Counted from the first letter of the stretch, positions 10,210-20,565 are shown. The stretch: DNA of 64,000 nucleotides from Candidatus Heimdallarchaeota archaeon (GCA_030603365.1 JAUVXV010000005.1:32001-96000); one strand, 5' to 3'. Numbers and translations are program-made. Notes: generated by a model not told the origin, from the letters alone.

Positions 10210-11145
10210 ATGAAAAGAATAAGAATTACATTTATTATTGTTGCATGTATATTGCTAACTTCTGTACTATTTTCAAATGTCTCTAATGCAATTCTTGCGT
10301 CAGATCAACTGGAAGTAGGAGCTGGAAGTTCTGTTGAGGGAAAATTGTTTCTATCAACAACTGGTGCAGCTGATGTCTTAATGGCTTACATTACTATTAC
10401 AGCAAAAAAAATCTTCACTCCAACAGATATCCTTGATAAATTGATTCAATTTGAGATTATTATCAAACCTTTCGAAGGGTATGGCTATGGTCCTCTAGAA
10501 AATGTAACAGAAAACCGACTAACACATGTCGTTTTTTATGATAATCGAACTACACTTATGCTTGGAGAATTTTACGTTGAAAATGCCACGGAATGGATAG
10601 AAATGACCGTTTTGCATGAACCAAAACTTGCGGATATGCAAAATCCAGATAATAGACAAATTTCATTTTCAAATGGTTCTTCCTATTTAGCTGGAACATT
10701 AGAACATGCAGATCCAAAATATCTCTTGCTACAAGATTTTAGTACTATGTCTGGTATATATCAGCTTTATTACGCTTGGACGATTTTTGCGATATCTCCT
10801 ACAGCTATTTTGGGAGATGATATAAGCTACTATTCTATTTTGGGAGAGGTCGTTGGAACACCTGCTGTTACTACCTCAAATGGGGATTCGTATGACTCAA
10901 TACATGTAAAGTATCAAAGTACACATTTATTCAGTATGTGGGGTCCTGGTCCTGTAGTAAATGCTTATTACGAAGCTGCTTCTGGATTGTTGATCCAAAT
11001 CTTTGAAGAATACGATAATGGAATTTGGAAATTCTTTCCTGGTACCATAACCATAGTCTCTGGTGTTCCATTCTCAACTACATCAGTTATAATTGGTTTA
11101 GCAGTTATTGGTTTAATTACCGTATTTTATCGTAAGAAGAAGTAA
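10210..11145 (+). CDS. Secreted surface protein with C-terminal PF-TM-basic anchor, paralog 3
   Basis: ATG at 10210 aligns with paralog starts (ORF track begins at 10198); ends PFSTTSVIIGLAVIGLITVFYRKKK. Confidence 0.8.
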   Translation: MKRIRITFIIVACILLTSVLFSNVSNAILASDQLEVGAGSSVEGKLFLSTTGAADVLMAYITITAKKIFTPTDILDKLIQFEIIIKPFEGYGYGPLENVTENRLTHVVFYDNRTTLMLGEFYVENATEWIEMTVLHEPKLADMQNPDNRQISFSNGSSYLAGTLEHADPKYLLLQDFSTMSGIYQLYYAWTIFAISPTAILGDDISYYSILGEVVGTPAVTTSNGDSYDSIHVKYQSTHLFSMWGPGPVVNAYYEAASGLLIQIFEEYDNGIWKFFPGTITIVSGVPFSTTSVIIGLAVIGLITVFYRKKK

Positions 11146-11319
11146 TCTTCTTCTTTTCTTCTTTATTTCTATAACAATAAAATTAAGCTCTTTGCATAAA
11201 CTTCAATTATCTTTTTTTCCCCTTAATTGTGTGTAAAGCATTCTTCAGCTTTGACTTACTTTCCGACAAGATATCCTTTATATATTATATTTTACATAGA
11301 ATCTATTAGGGTTTTAACC

Positions 11320-12915
11320 ATGAAACGAGGTCTAGGATACGTTATAACTTTAAATATAGTTCTAGCTATGTTATTTGGGGGTTTATTTAACGTAAACGCA
11401 GTAACTACTTATCAACACTTGAATCCGGGGGATCAACTCCTGTATTCTGCAAACTACAACTATTACTCAGATGAATATAACTACTATCTTTTTGAAAATG
11501 ACTTGCCAGAATACAACTCATATTATGATTTATGGCATTATGAAATGCAAGCAGATGAATTCCACAGTTATACAGTACAAAATGACTATGGTACATATAC
11601 CGATGGACAAAGAGTTGCAACCTATTTTGATACCTACAGAAATAACTATGGTGACCACTATTATTGGGATTATATAGCCACAGAATGGGTTAATGCTGGT
11701 GGTTGGTCAGATAATTACTTATATTACGGTGCTAATTCTTGGTACACTTCATATAATGACTACAATATGACATTAAATTGTGATGTTCCATACTATTTCG
11801 GTGGTGCTATATACCTGTATGATGAAGTTAGAGGATATACAATCAATGGAGTGTATAGCACTTATGATGTAGCAGTTTATTATAAGAATTATTACGATTT
11901 CTATACAGGTCCAACTAGTATGTACAACATTATCTATGACTACACATATGACTATAATGAAGACAACTATTTCTATGTCGACAAAGCTACAGGATTTCTA
12001 CTAGAGTTTGATTATAATTATTATACATATAACTATGAATCCTTTGATGCATATAGTAATTATGAAGGAATTTATTGTAATGTAACTCACGAATATTATT
12101 ACTACTCTACAACTAATTATAACTGGTTATTACAAGAGACAACAGCTGGTTACGGTTCAATAGCTGATGCCGATTTACCTGGTATAAACTGGGATTGGAA
12201 TTATGTCTATGAGATAACCATGGGTCTTGAATATTTGACTGTCTATTTCTGGCTCTATGATTCTTACAGTACATGCACTTTTGATGTTTATCTCAATGAA
12301 ATGTATGTTGAAACAATAAATGGTGTATCTCCTGGATATATGAGTTACGATCTGTTCGTTAAGGATCTTCCTATCGATCCGATGGGATATAATTCAAAAC
12401 TAACTTTTGTTGTAACTGATGATTCAGGACTAGGTCATACAGCATTTTATGACTTGTATTTTAATGATATAAGAGCTGATTATCCTACAATCAATGGACC
12501 AAATTACTGGGACTACAAAATAGGTGACACTAAGACACTTTATTGGGAACTAAAAGATATTAATTATAATCCAGATTACTATGAAGTCAAATTCAACGGT
12601 TCAATAGTTGAATCAGGTCCTTGGAATGTTGATGATCTTATATCTTTTAATCTTCATGACTATATCTTTGTAGCAGGTGATTTTGAGATCAAGATTATAG
12701 CTACAGATTTGGATGGGTATGAAACCTACTTATATGTTAATATCCATGCTTATGAAGATACTCCTACTGAGCCTACAGGGACTGAACCAACTGGTACCGA
12801 ACCTGAAACATCTAATTCTAATACAGTAACTCTTGATTCTCCAAATATGCTTTATGTATTAATAGGCGTCTTTAGTTTTGTTGCACTTACTGTTTTAATT
12901 CGCAGAAGAAAATAA
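11320..12915 (+). CDS. Tyr-rich secreted surface glycoprotein with Ig-like domains, PT linker and TM-basic anchor
   Basis: Start at ATG 11320 (MKRGLG...) after TTAGGG, leader similar to that of the 13030 paralog; TPTEPTGTEPTGTEP linker; ends TM+RRRK. Confidence 0.8.
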   Translation: MKRGLGYVITLNIVLAMLFGGLFNVNAVTTYQHLNPGDQLLYSANYNYYSDEYNYYLFENDLPEYNSYYDLWHYEMQADEFHSYTVQNDYGTYTDGQRVATYFDTYRNNYGDHYYWDYIATEWVNAGGWSDNYLYYGANSWYTSYNDYNMTLNCDVPYYFGGAIYLYDEVRGYTINGVYSTYDVAVYYKNYYDFYTGPTSMYNIIYDYTYDYNEDNYFYVDKATGFLLEFDYNYYTYNYESFDAYSNYEGIYCNVTHEYYYYSTTNYNWLLQETTAGYGSIADADLPGINWDWNYVYEITMGLEYLTVYFWLYDSYSTCTFDVYLNEMYVETINGVSPGYMSYDLFVKDLPIDPMGYNSKLTFVVTDDSGLGHTAFYDLYFNDIRADYPTINGPNYWDYKIGDTKTLYWELKDINYNPDYYEVKFNGSIVESGPWNVDDLISFNLHDYIFVAGDFEIKIIATDLDGYETYLYVNIHAYEDTPTEPTGTEPTGTEPETSNSNTVTLDSPNMLYVLIGVFSFVALTVLIRRRK

Positions 12916-13029
12916 AACTCCCTTCTCTTTTTCTTTTATTTTTTTAGTCTCTAAGAAGTCTATCGCTGATTCCTTTACCACTTTCTTTAAATATGGAATT
13001 TTGCTTAAATTACTATTAGGGGATTAACC

Positions 13030-14931
13030 TTGAAAAGGGGTCAAACAACAATAATATTAACACTTTTAGTTGTCTCTATCTTCGTTGTTGGATTTACACC
13101 AACACAAGCAGCAACAAGCTACCAAGCCCTTGTTACAGGAGACCAACTATTATACAAAAATGTGTTCACATTTTATGAAGATTTGGAGCAACAACTCTTA
13201 CATGAAATTGACATCGCAGACAATTGGTGGGTAATAGATCACTGGGATTATATTTACGATGAGATGGAAAGTTACTCTGTCAATTCAATAGATACAACCA
13301 CAGGAAATGTGAATTACGCTTGGACACTTTATGATAGATACAATAATCGATATCAAGAAGACTATTATTACGATTATATTGATCAATCTTGGTTTCTTAA
13401 TAATTCATACTCTGATTATGAACCAGTCACATTGAGTAGCTTTGAAGTAAAGGGTTTCGATGTTTATGATGGCACACTCAACCTAGATGTTACTGATTGG
13501 TTTTCAAATGGTGTTTATGATCATTCAGAGGTTAGATACTATATAATTAACGGCGTAAATACTTCTTACAATGTAGATGTATATATGGATGTATATGATG
13601 ATGTAGCTACAACCGCATATACCTATGAAGGTATCAATTTCGATGAAACTAATCCATATGGCTGGGAAGATGTTTTCTATATTGATAGTGATGCAGGATT
13701 TCTATTAGAATATACAACATTGTATTATGATAATTATTATAGAAATATTGATCATAAAAACAGTCCTACACTTGGAACTTTTGTTGATTACTACTTCAAT
13801 CACACATATGGGTATTACTATGAATGGCAACTCTTTGAAACAACTGCAGCATACTCACCAGTAACTGATGCTGATTTACCAGTACTACTTGTGGATATGG
13901 GATATGATTATCAAATTAAACAGAATACTATTTCAACAATGATTTATTTTGATCTATTGAACAAATGGCCATCTATGACAGTAGATGTTTATTTGGATGG
14001 TGCCAAAATTGATACTCTCTATGGATTATCTCCAGGATCGAATTATTATGATTTATATACTGGTGGTATCGCTCCAAGTTTACAAAACCACACAGTAGCA
14101 TTTGTAGTTTATGATGATTCAAGTTTTGAACATAATACTACCTGGTCTGTTGAAATTGATGATATTAGGCTAAAAGCACCATATATCTCTGGACAAGATG
14201 GTGGGCTCTACTATGAAATAGGAACAACTCAAACTGAAACATGGCACCTCACTGATCCTACAGACAATCCTGACACATATGAGCTTAAAATAAATGGAAT
14301 GATAATTGAATCTGGTCCTTGGATCAATGATACCGCTATCTCTTTGAATTTCCAGGATTATATGACTGATCCAATTTTATATGATATCTATATCAAAGCA
14401 GAAGACATAAGTGGATATTATTATGAATTAACTCTAGCTGTTTATGCCAGTACTGCACCTGAAATACTAGGTCCTACTGGGGATTATTATATGGATGAAG
14501 GTGATCCTAATGATGTCTTCTGGGTATTAAGAGACGATAATCCAAATTATTATGAGTTGAAAATAAACGGTTCATTAGCTGAATCGGGAACTTATTTTGA
14601 TGAACATATTGTTGGATTTGATCTTAGTATTTTAACTGGAGGACTGTGGATTTTCGAAATAAGTGCTAACGATTATTATGGTTTTAGTAATTCTCTAGCT
14701 CTATGGGTTTTCGTAGCAGGCGTTATAGTAACTACAACACCTGAACCAACTGAGCCCACAACAGAACCAACTGAACCAACCAGTCCAACTGAACCAACCA
14801 GTCCAACTGAGCCATCAACTTCTAAACCAAATAATAATACATTAACACTTGATTCTTCTGGAATAATTTATTCTATTCTTGGAATACTAAGTTTTATATC
14901 AATTATAACGATTTATAGAAAAAGAAGATAA
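13030..14931 (+). CDS. Tyr-rich secreted surface glycoprotein, paralog with an extra Ig-like repeat
   Basis: Shares GDQLLY, GFLLE, DADLP, ESGPW and TLDS motifs with the 11320 protein; PTEPT linker; TM+RKRR. Confidence 0.8.
   Translation: MKRGQTTIILTLLVVSIFVVGFTPTQAATSYQALVTGDQLLYKNVFTFYEDLEQQLLHEIDIADNWWVIDHWDYIYDEMESYSVNSIDTTTGNVNYAWTLYDRYNNRYQEDYYYDYIDQSWFLNNSYSDYEPVTLSSFEVKGFDVYDGTLNLDVTDWFSNGVYDHSEVRYYIINGVNTSYNVDVYMDVYDDVATTAYTYEGINFDETNPYGWEDVFYIDSDAGFLLEYTTLYYDNYYRNIDHKNSPTLGTFVDYYFNHTYGYYYEWQLFETTAAYSPVTDADLPVLLVDMGYDYQIKQNTISTMIYFDLLNKWPSMTVDVYLDGAKIDTLYGLSPGSNYYDLYTGGIAPSLQNHTVAFVVYDDSSFEHNTTWSVEIDDIRLKAPYISGQDGGLYYEIGTTQTETWHLTDPTDNPDTYELKINGMIIESGPWINDTAISLNFQDYMTDPILYDIYIKAEDISGYYYELTLAVYASTAPEILGPTGDYYMDEGDPNDVFWVLRDDNPNYYELKINGSLAESGTYFDEHIVGFDLSILTGGLWIFEISANDYYGFSNSLALWVFVAGVIVTTTPEPTEPTTEPTEPTSPTEPTSPTEPSTSKPNNNTLTLDSSGIIYSILGILSFISIITIYRKRR
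14767..14810 (+). repeat. 18-bp tandem repeat (ccaactgaaccaaccagt x2.4) encoding the PTEPTS linker
   Basis: Exact copies at 14767 and 14785, partial at 14803. Confidence 0.85.
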
Positions 14932-14939
14932 TTCTTTTA

Positions 14940-16001
14940 CTATTTTTCTTTTATTTTTTGAACTAACTCTTCAGTTGTAAGTACACCTTTTGCAGTAATA
15001 TATCCTGAGATTAATTTTGGAGGAGTGATATCAAAAGCGGGATTAAATGCCTTTGAATTAGGATTAGCAATTAGGATTTTTCCTTCCTTATGGACGAAAG
15101 ATTTGACTTCATCTTCAGATCTTAATTCTATTTCGAATTCTTCAGCTGAATTAGAATCATGATCAATTGTAGACCATGGGAAGGAAGAATAGAAGGGGAT
15201 ATTATGGTATTTTGCATTTACAGCAATTGAGTAGGTTCCAATCTTATTTGATATTGTTCCGTCTTTAAGGCATCTATCTGCTCCTAAAATTACCTTGTTT
15301 ATCTTGTTTTTTGACATTAGATAAGCAGCTACAGAGTCAGCTATAATTTCATGGTCTATCCCTTCTTGTTCAAGTTCCCAAGCTGTTATTTTTGCACCTT
15401 GTAATCTAGGTCTAGTTTCATCTACATAGACTTTAACTCCCTTTCCTTTTCGATGAGCTTGAATAATAGGCGCAAGTGCAGTACCATAGTCTACAGTTGC
15501 TAATGGTCCAGCATTGCAATGTGTTAATATTGCATCACCATCATTGATGATTTCTAAACCACGATCCCCTATAGTTTTACATTCTTCGACCATTTCATCT
15601 GTTAAACTTCTAGCTTTCAAGAGAGTATCTTCAAATGAATAATTTGTTTCTATAGCTGTAGTATAAGTTTTAAACACGAAATTTGCTAAATCAACAGCTG
15701 TTGGTCTTGTTGCTAGTATCATTTCCATCTTTTCATCTAGTTTCTCTTTTTTATTGCAATTATCCTCTTTCTCGATTTCTTTGATAGCTAAAGCAACTCC
15801 ATAAGCCGCTGTTGAACCAATTGCTGGTGCTCCCCTAACAACCATAGTTTTAATTGCATCACAAAGATCTACAACTGAAGTATAATTATTGATTTTAAAA
15901 TCAAAAGGAATTAATCTCTGATCAATAAGCTGAACAAAGTTTTCATCCTCATTCCAATCAACAGATCTTACATCATCCAATCCTAGTTCTTTTATTTTCA
16001 C
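14940..16001 (-). CDS. mtnA: S-methyl-5-thioribose-1-phosphate isomerase
   Basis: LIDQR, MVVRGAPAIG, TRPTAVDL, LTHCNAG, DETRPRLQG, NKIGTY, NPAFDITP. Confidence 0.92.
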   Translation of the reverse strand: MKIKELGLDDVRSVDWNEDENFVQLIDQRLIPFDFKINNYTSVVDLCDAIKTMVVRGAPAIGSTAAYGVALAIKEIEKEDNCNKKEKLDEKMEMILATRPTAVDLANFVFKTYTTAIETNYSFEDTLLKARSLTDEMVEECKTIGDRGLEIINDGDAILTHCNAGPLATVDYGTALAPIIQAHRKGKGVKVYVDETRPRLQGAKITAWELEQEGIDHEIIADSVAAYLMSKNKINKVILGADRCLKDGTISNKIGTYSIAVNAKYHNIPFYSSFPWSTIDHDSNSAEEFEIELRSEDEVKSFVHKEGKILIANPNSKAFNPAFDITPPKLISGYITAKGVLTTEELVQKIKEK

Positions 16002-16041
16002 AAGAAGAATAAAGAAAAGAGATTATTAAATGTTAATGCTT

Positions 16042-16914
16042 TCAGTGGTTTTTCCCTATGAATTTTGGAATATATTCTCTGACTATTTCTATCATAAGAG
16101 GTGCATGAGTGTCTTTATTAGAACCTAGATTGATATAGGTTGAATTTTCCATCATCCCATCAACCTTTTTAGTTACAACTGCATCATGCATTTTATCAGA
16201 TTCTGCAGCAACTAGAAGAACATGATTTTTTACTTCAGGAAAAATTTTCCAATATCTTTTATAAGCTAACCTTAACCCTAATCTTTTCCATTTTTTAGCA
16301 TCCGCTTCCTCCAGGGTTCTAAGATACTTAGCAGCTTGTCTTGCATCTTCAGATTTGAATTTTGTAACCCACCATCTCAAAAGTGGCTGTGCGGGTTTCC
16401 AAAGAAAAGTAGGGCCAAATGGGATAAAGTATCTTAAAACTGGTGGAACTTCAAATCGTGCAGGGGGAGCGATTAATACAGGAAGAAAGGGATTATACAT
16501 TTTATTGTACATCCCATAAACAATAGTGGTTGCACCTATACAAGACCCAAAAAGAATTAGTTTTTTCTCTTCAATCTCTAATTGTTCATAAACCTCTTGA
16601 AGATCTTTAGCCATTCTATCCATACCAATTTCGGATGATTTTGGTAATACACTGGAACCCTTCTCTCTGGATTCAAAATAAACCACATCAAAGTCTTTGA
16701 TTGCTTCAAGAAGTAAAGAATCCCATGCAGGAACCACTGTACCCCAACCTACACTGAGGACTATTGAATAACCATTGAAATCTTCTTTTGGAGGAGTTGA
16801 TCTGTAAACTCGAATAGTTGCACCATCAGACATTTGAAGGTCTATAGATTCAGCTTTCTTCTCGAATTCTGAAACTTTAAAACTCTCCATTGCTTCTCTG
16901 ATTTCTTGTTTCAT
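16042..16914 (-). CDS. Alpha/beta hydrolase fold protein
   Basis: GWG oxyanion region, GSCIG nucleophile elbow, late Asp (ESD) and His (THA). Confidence 0.65.
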   Translation of the reverse strand: MKQEIREAMESFKVSEFEKKAESIDLQMSDGATIRVYRSTPPKEDFNGYSIVLSVGWGTVVPAWDSLLLEAIKDFDVVYFESREKGSSVLPKSSEIGMDRMAKDLQEVYEQLEIEEKKLILFGSCIGATTIVYGMYNKMYNPFLPVLIAPPARFEVPPVLRYFIPFGPTFLWKPAQPLLRWWVTKFKSEDARQAAKYLRTLEEADAKKWKRLGLRLAYKRYWKIFPEVKNHVLLVAAESDKMHDAVVTKKVDGMMENSTYINLGSNKDTHAPLMIEIVREYIPKFIGKNH

Positions 16915-16989
16915 TGAATGAGAAATTTCATAATCCTTTAAAAATCTTTCAAAGTTAGTACAAAAAAGTAAAAGAAAAAGAAAGTAATT

Positions 16990-17490
16990 CTATCTATTAC
17001 CTTGATAGAATTTTGAATCGATTGTTAAAGCTGCAGCTAAACCAAAGAGTGGTTCTAAAGGTGGATAAACTGTCACTTTGTATGTGTCTTTTATTCTAAA
17101 GATTTTCTTATCCAAAGTAAATCCTACATTCCCTGATGCATCTCGAGCATTGAATGACCATCCTAAAAGATCTGAAGCTGTATACTGTTGTCCAGCTAAA
17201 TGAACATCAAATTTGATTCCACAAATTCTGATAATTGGAAATTCTACTTCACCGATAATATTTCCTCCTTGTGTAATCTTCCATCTATTCTTGAAGAAGA
17301 AATTTGATTTTATTCTGATTACTTCATTTCCATGTAAATCTTCTATCCAGAGAGTAGGTGTCATTGCAAATATCTGTCTTTTAGCTATGAAGATCTTTTG
17401 TCCTGTTGCTTCATCTACAATATCATAAGTTGCTCTTAAGGCGAGAATTTTTTGGGTTACTTTGAATCCAAATGGTGCGTTTTGTGCCAT
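16990..17490 (-). CDS. LURP-one-related / Tubby-C / scramblase-like protein
   Basis: QKILALRATYDIVD...KKIFRIKDTYKV...LAAALTID: beta-barrel plus C-terminal helix pattern. Confidence 0.75.
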   Translation of the reverse strand: MAQNAPFGFKVTQKILALRATYDIVDEATGQKIFIAKRQIFAMTPTLWIEDLHGNEVIRIKSNFFFKNRWKITQGGNIIGEVEFPIIRICGIKFDVHLAGQQYTASDLLGWSFNARDASGNVGFTLDKKIFRIKDTYKVTVYPPLEPLFGLAAALTIDSKFYQGNR

Positions 17491-17554
17491 AATTATATAA
17501 AATCTAATATTGTAATTTAAAAGTTATGTAAAAGGAAAAAGAGAATTTGAGGGT

Positions 17555-18298
17555 TCAATATAGTAAAGGAGTGTTCCATTCTCCTTCATTAGTTAGGAAA
17601 AACAAGATCTCGTTAAAGGTATTCATGAAAATAATTCTTTCGAATTCTGTAGAATACTCATTAAACAATCCTCTACTTTCAGTATAGGAAACAGTTTGGT
17701 AAATAACATAATCTGGCATTATGCTAGGATTAATAAAAATCTCTTGAAGTGCATCCTGGATATCGTCAATAGTATATGAATCAACATCTTGGATTGTAAA
17801 ATTAGAGTAAACCTCATAGTTTAGTGCAGAATTTTTGAATGCAAAATAAGTACCTACTTCACCATTATCAAAAACACTCTCTACCCAATCTTCATAAGGT
17901 TGAGAGTCGTTTCCAACACCATAAATTGAGCCATTATATTTTAGATTGATTCTTCGAGGTATAATTTCTCCAGGATTATCAAATGCTGCTGATTTCTTTT
18001 CCCCCGCAAGAATTAACATTACAGAAATATCGATTATTGCATTATCTGGATTCTCAATTATAATCTCTGAGAAATTTATTCCCGCAAAAATGTCTGAATC
18101 GAAGCTGATTTCTTCAGCGATTTCAAGTAAACCCAATTGGAATTCATTTTCTGTGTTGCGATAGACATTAACACTAAAGAAAATATCTGGGAAAACATAG
18201 ATATTAAGCAGAGATAATGTAAATGCAATCACGATGACAGAAGCGGTTCCAATTATTATAGGGTCTTTCTTCATTATAAGGTAATTGGACAGAAGCAT
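17555..18298 (-). CDS. Hypothetical membrane-anchored acidic protein
   Basis: Single N-terminal TM; likely start 18274 (MKKDPII). Confidence 0.6.
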   Translation of the reverse strand: MLLSNYLIMKKDPIIIGTASVIVIAFTLSLLNIYVFPDIFFSVNVYRNTENEFQLGLLEIAEEISFDSDIFAGINFSEIIIENPDNAIIDISVMLILAGEKKSAAFDNPGEIIPRRINLKYNGSIYGVGNDSQPYEDWVESVFDNGEVGTYFAFKNSALNYEVYSNFTIQDVDSYTIDDIQDALQEIFINPSIMPDYVIYQTVSYTESRGLFNEYSTEFERIIFMNTFNEILFFLTNEGEWNTPLLY

Positions 18299-18401
18299 TC
18301 TAAAATATTACTATTCGTTGATTTTCTTTTTCATGTGATCAAAATTTATAGACCGATGATGAAATATATAAAGGGAATAAGAAAACTATAGTTTGATTAC
18401 A

Positions 18402-19232
18402 ATGGTTAAGATAACTTTTGTTAAAATAGGCAATATTACGCTAACAACGCTGATTGATATTATGCTAGATGAAAGAGCAAGCAGAACTGATATAGAATCT
18501 ACTGTAATCAGTTCTTCTACAAAGATGAAACTTTCAGCCGCTGAGAGAATCTTCCCACTGATAGATCAAGTTGAAACTGATCTAATGGTTATGATATCTC
18601 CAAATGCTAACGATAAAGGTCCCCAGTCAGTAATAGACAGGTACAAAGAAAAATACCCTTTGATTGTAGTGTCAGATACAGCTGATAAGGAAGTCAGAGC
18701 AAAGTGGAAAGAAGACGGAGTTGGATACATTATAGCTCCATTCGATCCAATGATAGGCGCAAAAAGAGACTATCTAGATACAACTGAAATGTGCTTGTTT
18801 AACGGGTACATAATCACAGCTTTTAGTGCTTGTGGAGTATTTGCTTATATCACAGAATTACTAGATGGAGTAATTGATCAATTAAAAGCTGGTGAGAAAC
18901 CAACACTACCAACACGCAATATGTCAGGTATAGGTGTAGTTACTAAAGCTTCATTTGCTAATGAATATTCAAGACCTAAAGCTTTAGCCGCATTGAATAT
19001 CTTGAAAGATGCTGGAGATGTCAATGTAAATGGTTGCTTTGTTGAAAAAGATAGAGAAAAAGCTTTAATCAAAGTAGCAGGAGCTCACGAAATGGTTCGT
19101 CAAGCTGCTATATTAGCAGATGAAGTCAGAGAACTTGAAAAAGCTTCAAATCATTTAATCAGAACTCCACATAGTAAAGAAGGAAAACTATTACACAAAA
19201 TGCATTTCTTTGATGAAGCACATGAGAAATAA
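18402..19232 (+). CDS. mtd: F420-dependent methylenetetrahydromethanopterin dehydrogenase
   Basis: KIGNI...LDERASR.DI, ISPN...GP, DPMIGAKRDYLD..EM.LFN, AHEMVRQAA.LADEVRELEK, RTPHSKEG. Confidence 0.9.
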   Translation: MVKITFVKIGNITLTTLIDIMLDERASRTDIESTVISSSTKMKLSAAERIFPLIDQVETDLMVMISPNANDKGPQSVIDRYKEKYPLIVVSDTADKEVRAKWKEDGVGYIIAPFDPMIGAKRDYLDTTEMCLFNGYIITAFSACGVFAYITELLDGVIDQLKAGEKPTLPTRNMSGIGVVTKASFANEYSRPKALAALNILKDAGDVNVNGCFVEKDREKALIKVAGAHEMVRQAAILADEVRELEKASNHLIRTPHSKEGKLLHKMHFFDEAHEK

Positions 19233-19260
19233 CTAAGAGAAAATTCTTCTTAGTTTTTTT
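19231..19260 (+). terminator. Hairpin plus T-run downstream of mtd
   Basis: aactaaga...tcttagtt 8-bp stem followed by a T-tract. Confidence 0.55.
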
Positions 19261-19307
19261 CCTTATTTTTTAGGTACTCTTATATTCAATTTATATGACT
19301 ATAAAAT

Positions 19308-19955
19308 ATGCATATTGTTTTGATAATTTTTCTTGTGATAATTAGTATTCCAGTAATATGGTTTTTACTTCTTCTTACTATTGTGAAACTAATTCGAAAA
19401 ATATATCCCTTTCCGATTCCACAGTTTTTCACTAGATTCATAGACAATCCTATTAGAAGAAAATATTGGCAAGATCCAGAGAAAATTGCTGAAAGGATGG
19501 GTGTAAAACCCGGAGATATTGTAGTTGAAATTGGACCAGGTAAAGGTAGTTATACTAAAGCAGTAGCAAAAAGAATCCTACCTGATGGTAAAGTGTATGC
19601 AATTGATATCCAACAACCTATTTTAGATAGATTGGAAAAACGAATGAAGGAAGAAGAAATAACTAACATCATACCAAAACTAGATGATGCATACAAACTG
19701 TCATTTGATAATGATTCTATTGATGTGATTTTTGCAATTACATGTTTACCTGAAATACCACAACCAGTTGATGTTCTAAAGGAATTCAAGCGAATTCTAA
19801 AACCTGAAGGAGTTATATCTTTATGTGAATTATTTATAGATCCAGATTATCCTTTGAGAAAAACTGAGAAAAGATGGGCAAAAGAAGCTGGACTCATTCT
19901 AAAAGAAAACTATGGTAATTGGTTTGCTTACCAGTTACATTTTGGTAAAGAATAG
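19308..19955 (+). CDS. Class I SAM-dependent methyltransferase with N-terminal TM
   Basis: VVEIGPGKG motif I, YAIDIQ, DDA..L.FDNDSIDV, RILKPEG. Confidence 0.88.
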   Translation: MHIVLIIFLVIISIPVIWFLLLLTIVKLIRKIYPFPIPQFFTRFIDNPIRRKYWQDPEKIAERMGVKPGDIVVEIGPGKGSYTKAVAKRILPDGKVYAIDIQQPILDRLEKRMKEEEITNIIPKLDDAYKLSFDNDSIDVIFAITCLPEIPQPVDVLKEFKRILKPEGVISLCELFIDPDYPLRKTEKRWAKEAGLILKENYGNWFAYQLHFGKE

Positions 19956-19980
19956 AGATTTGGAAATCAATCTATTTCAG

Positions 19981-20505
19981 CTACATCACAGCAGCTGTAG
20001 ATGCTACTGCTGCACTTTGTGCACCACGAATAATAGTATCGAGAATTACAGAAGCAAGAATCGCTATTTCTGGTTCAATATTATCGTACACTTCTACTAA
20101 ACATTCTGTTCGCAGGAATTTGACAAATCTTTGAAAAAAGAATGCTAATCTACCATAATTGTCAACAAATTCGAATGAAGAACCCTTTAATCTTGAGCCA
20201 AGATATCTTTTCATTTCAGTTTGTATCTCTGTCTGAGAACTGCAACAGCTTGATGAATAGTCGAGAGTTGCATATCTTACACTATTTTTGAATATTCTAT
20301 ATATTCCAGACCAACCCGATATCTTCTTTGCTGTGAATACTTCTTTACCTGTTGTATCTTGCATAATAAAAGTTGGTTTAAATGCTCCCTCTTTGTAGAT
20401 TTCAAAAATAGCTTCATTGGTAGAGAGGTCTACAACTTCATACCAAGTTCTGAAGATAGATATGTGCGGATAAATAGTAAATCCAAAAGGATTAGCATCT
20501 TCCAT
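19981..20505 (-). CDS. LURP-one/scramblase-like protein, second copy
   Basis: Starts NPFGFTI like the 16990 protein (APFGFKV); C-terminal PEIAILASVILD helix. Confidence 0.65.
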   Translation of the reverse strand: MEDANPFGFTIYPHISIFRTWYEVVDLSTNEAIFEIYKEGAFKPTFIMQDTTGKEVFTAKKISGWSGIYRIFKNSVRYATLDYSSSCCSSQTEIQTEMKRYLGSRLKGSSFEFVDNYGRLAFFFQRFVKFLRTECLVEVYDNIEPEIAILASVILDTIIRGAQSAAVASTAAVM

Positions 20506-20565
20506 TTGATAGAGATTAGCTAAAAACTGTTATAAAACTATCCAAATGAAAAAAGAAAAGGAATA

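Noticed and set aside
11227-11319. N-terminal extension of the Tyr-rich protein
   Set aside because: Signal peptide and paralog alignment begin at ATG 11320
14740-14820. Possible CRISPR-like or mobile repeat
   Set aside because: In-frame Pro/Thr linker repeat with no spacers and no cas genes
14940-16001. eIF2B subunit or ribose-1,5-bisphosphate isomerase
   Set aside because: LIDQR N-terminus, THCNAG.LAT..YGTA and ETRPRLQG fit MtnA better
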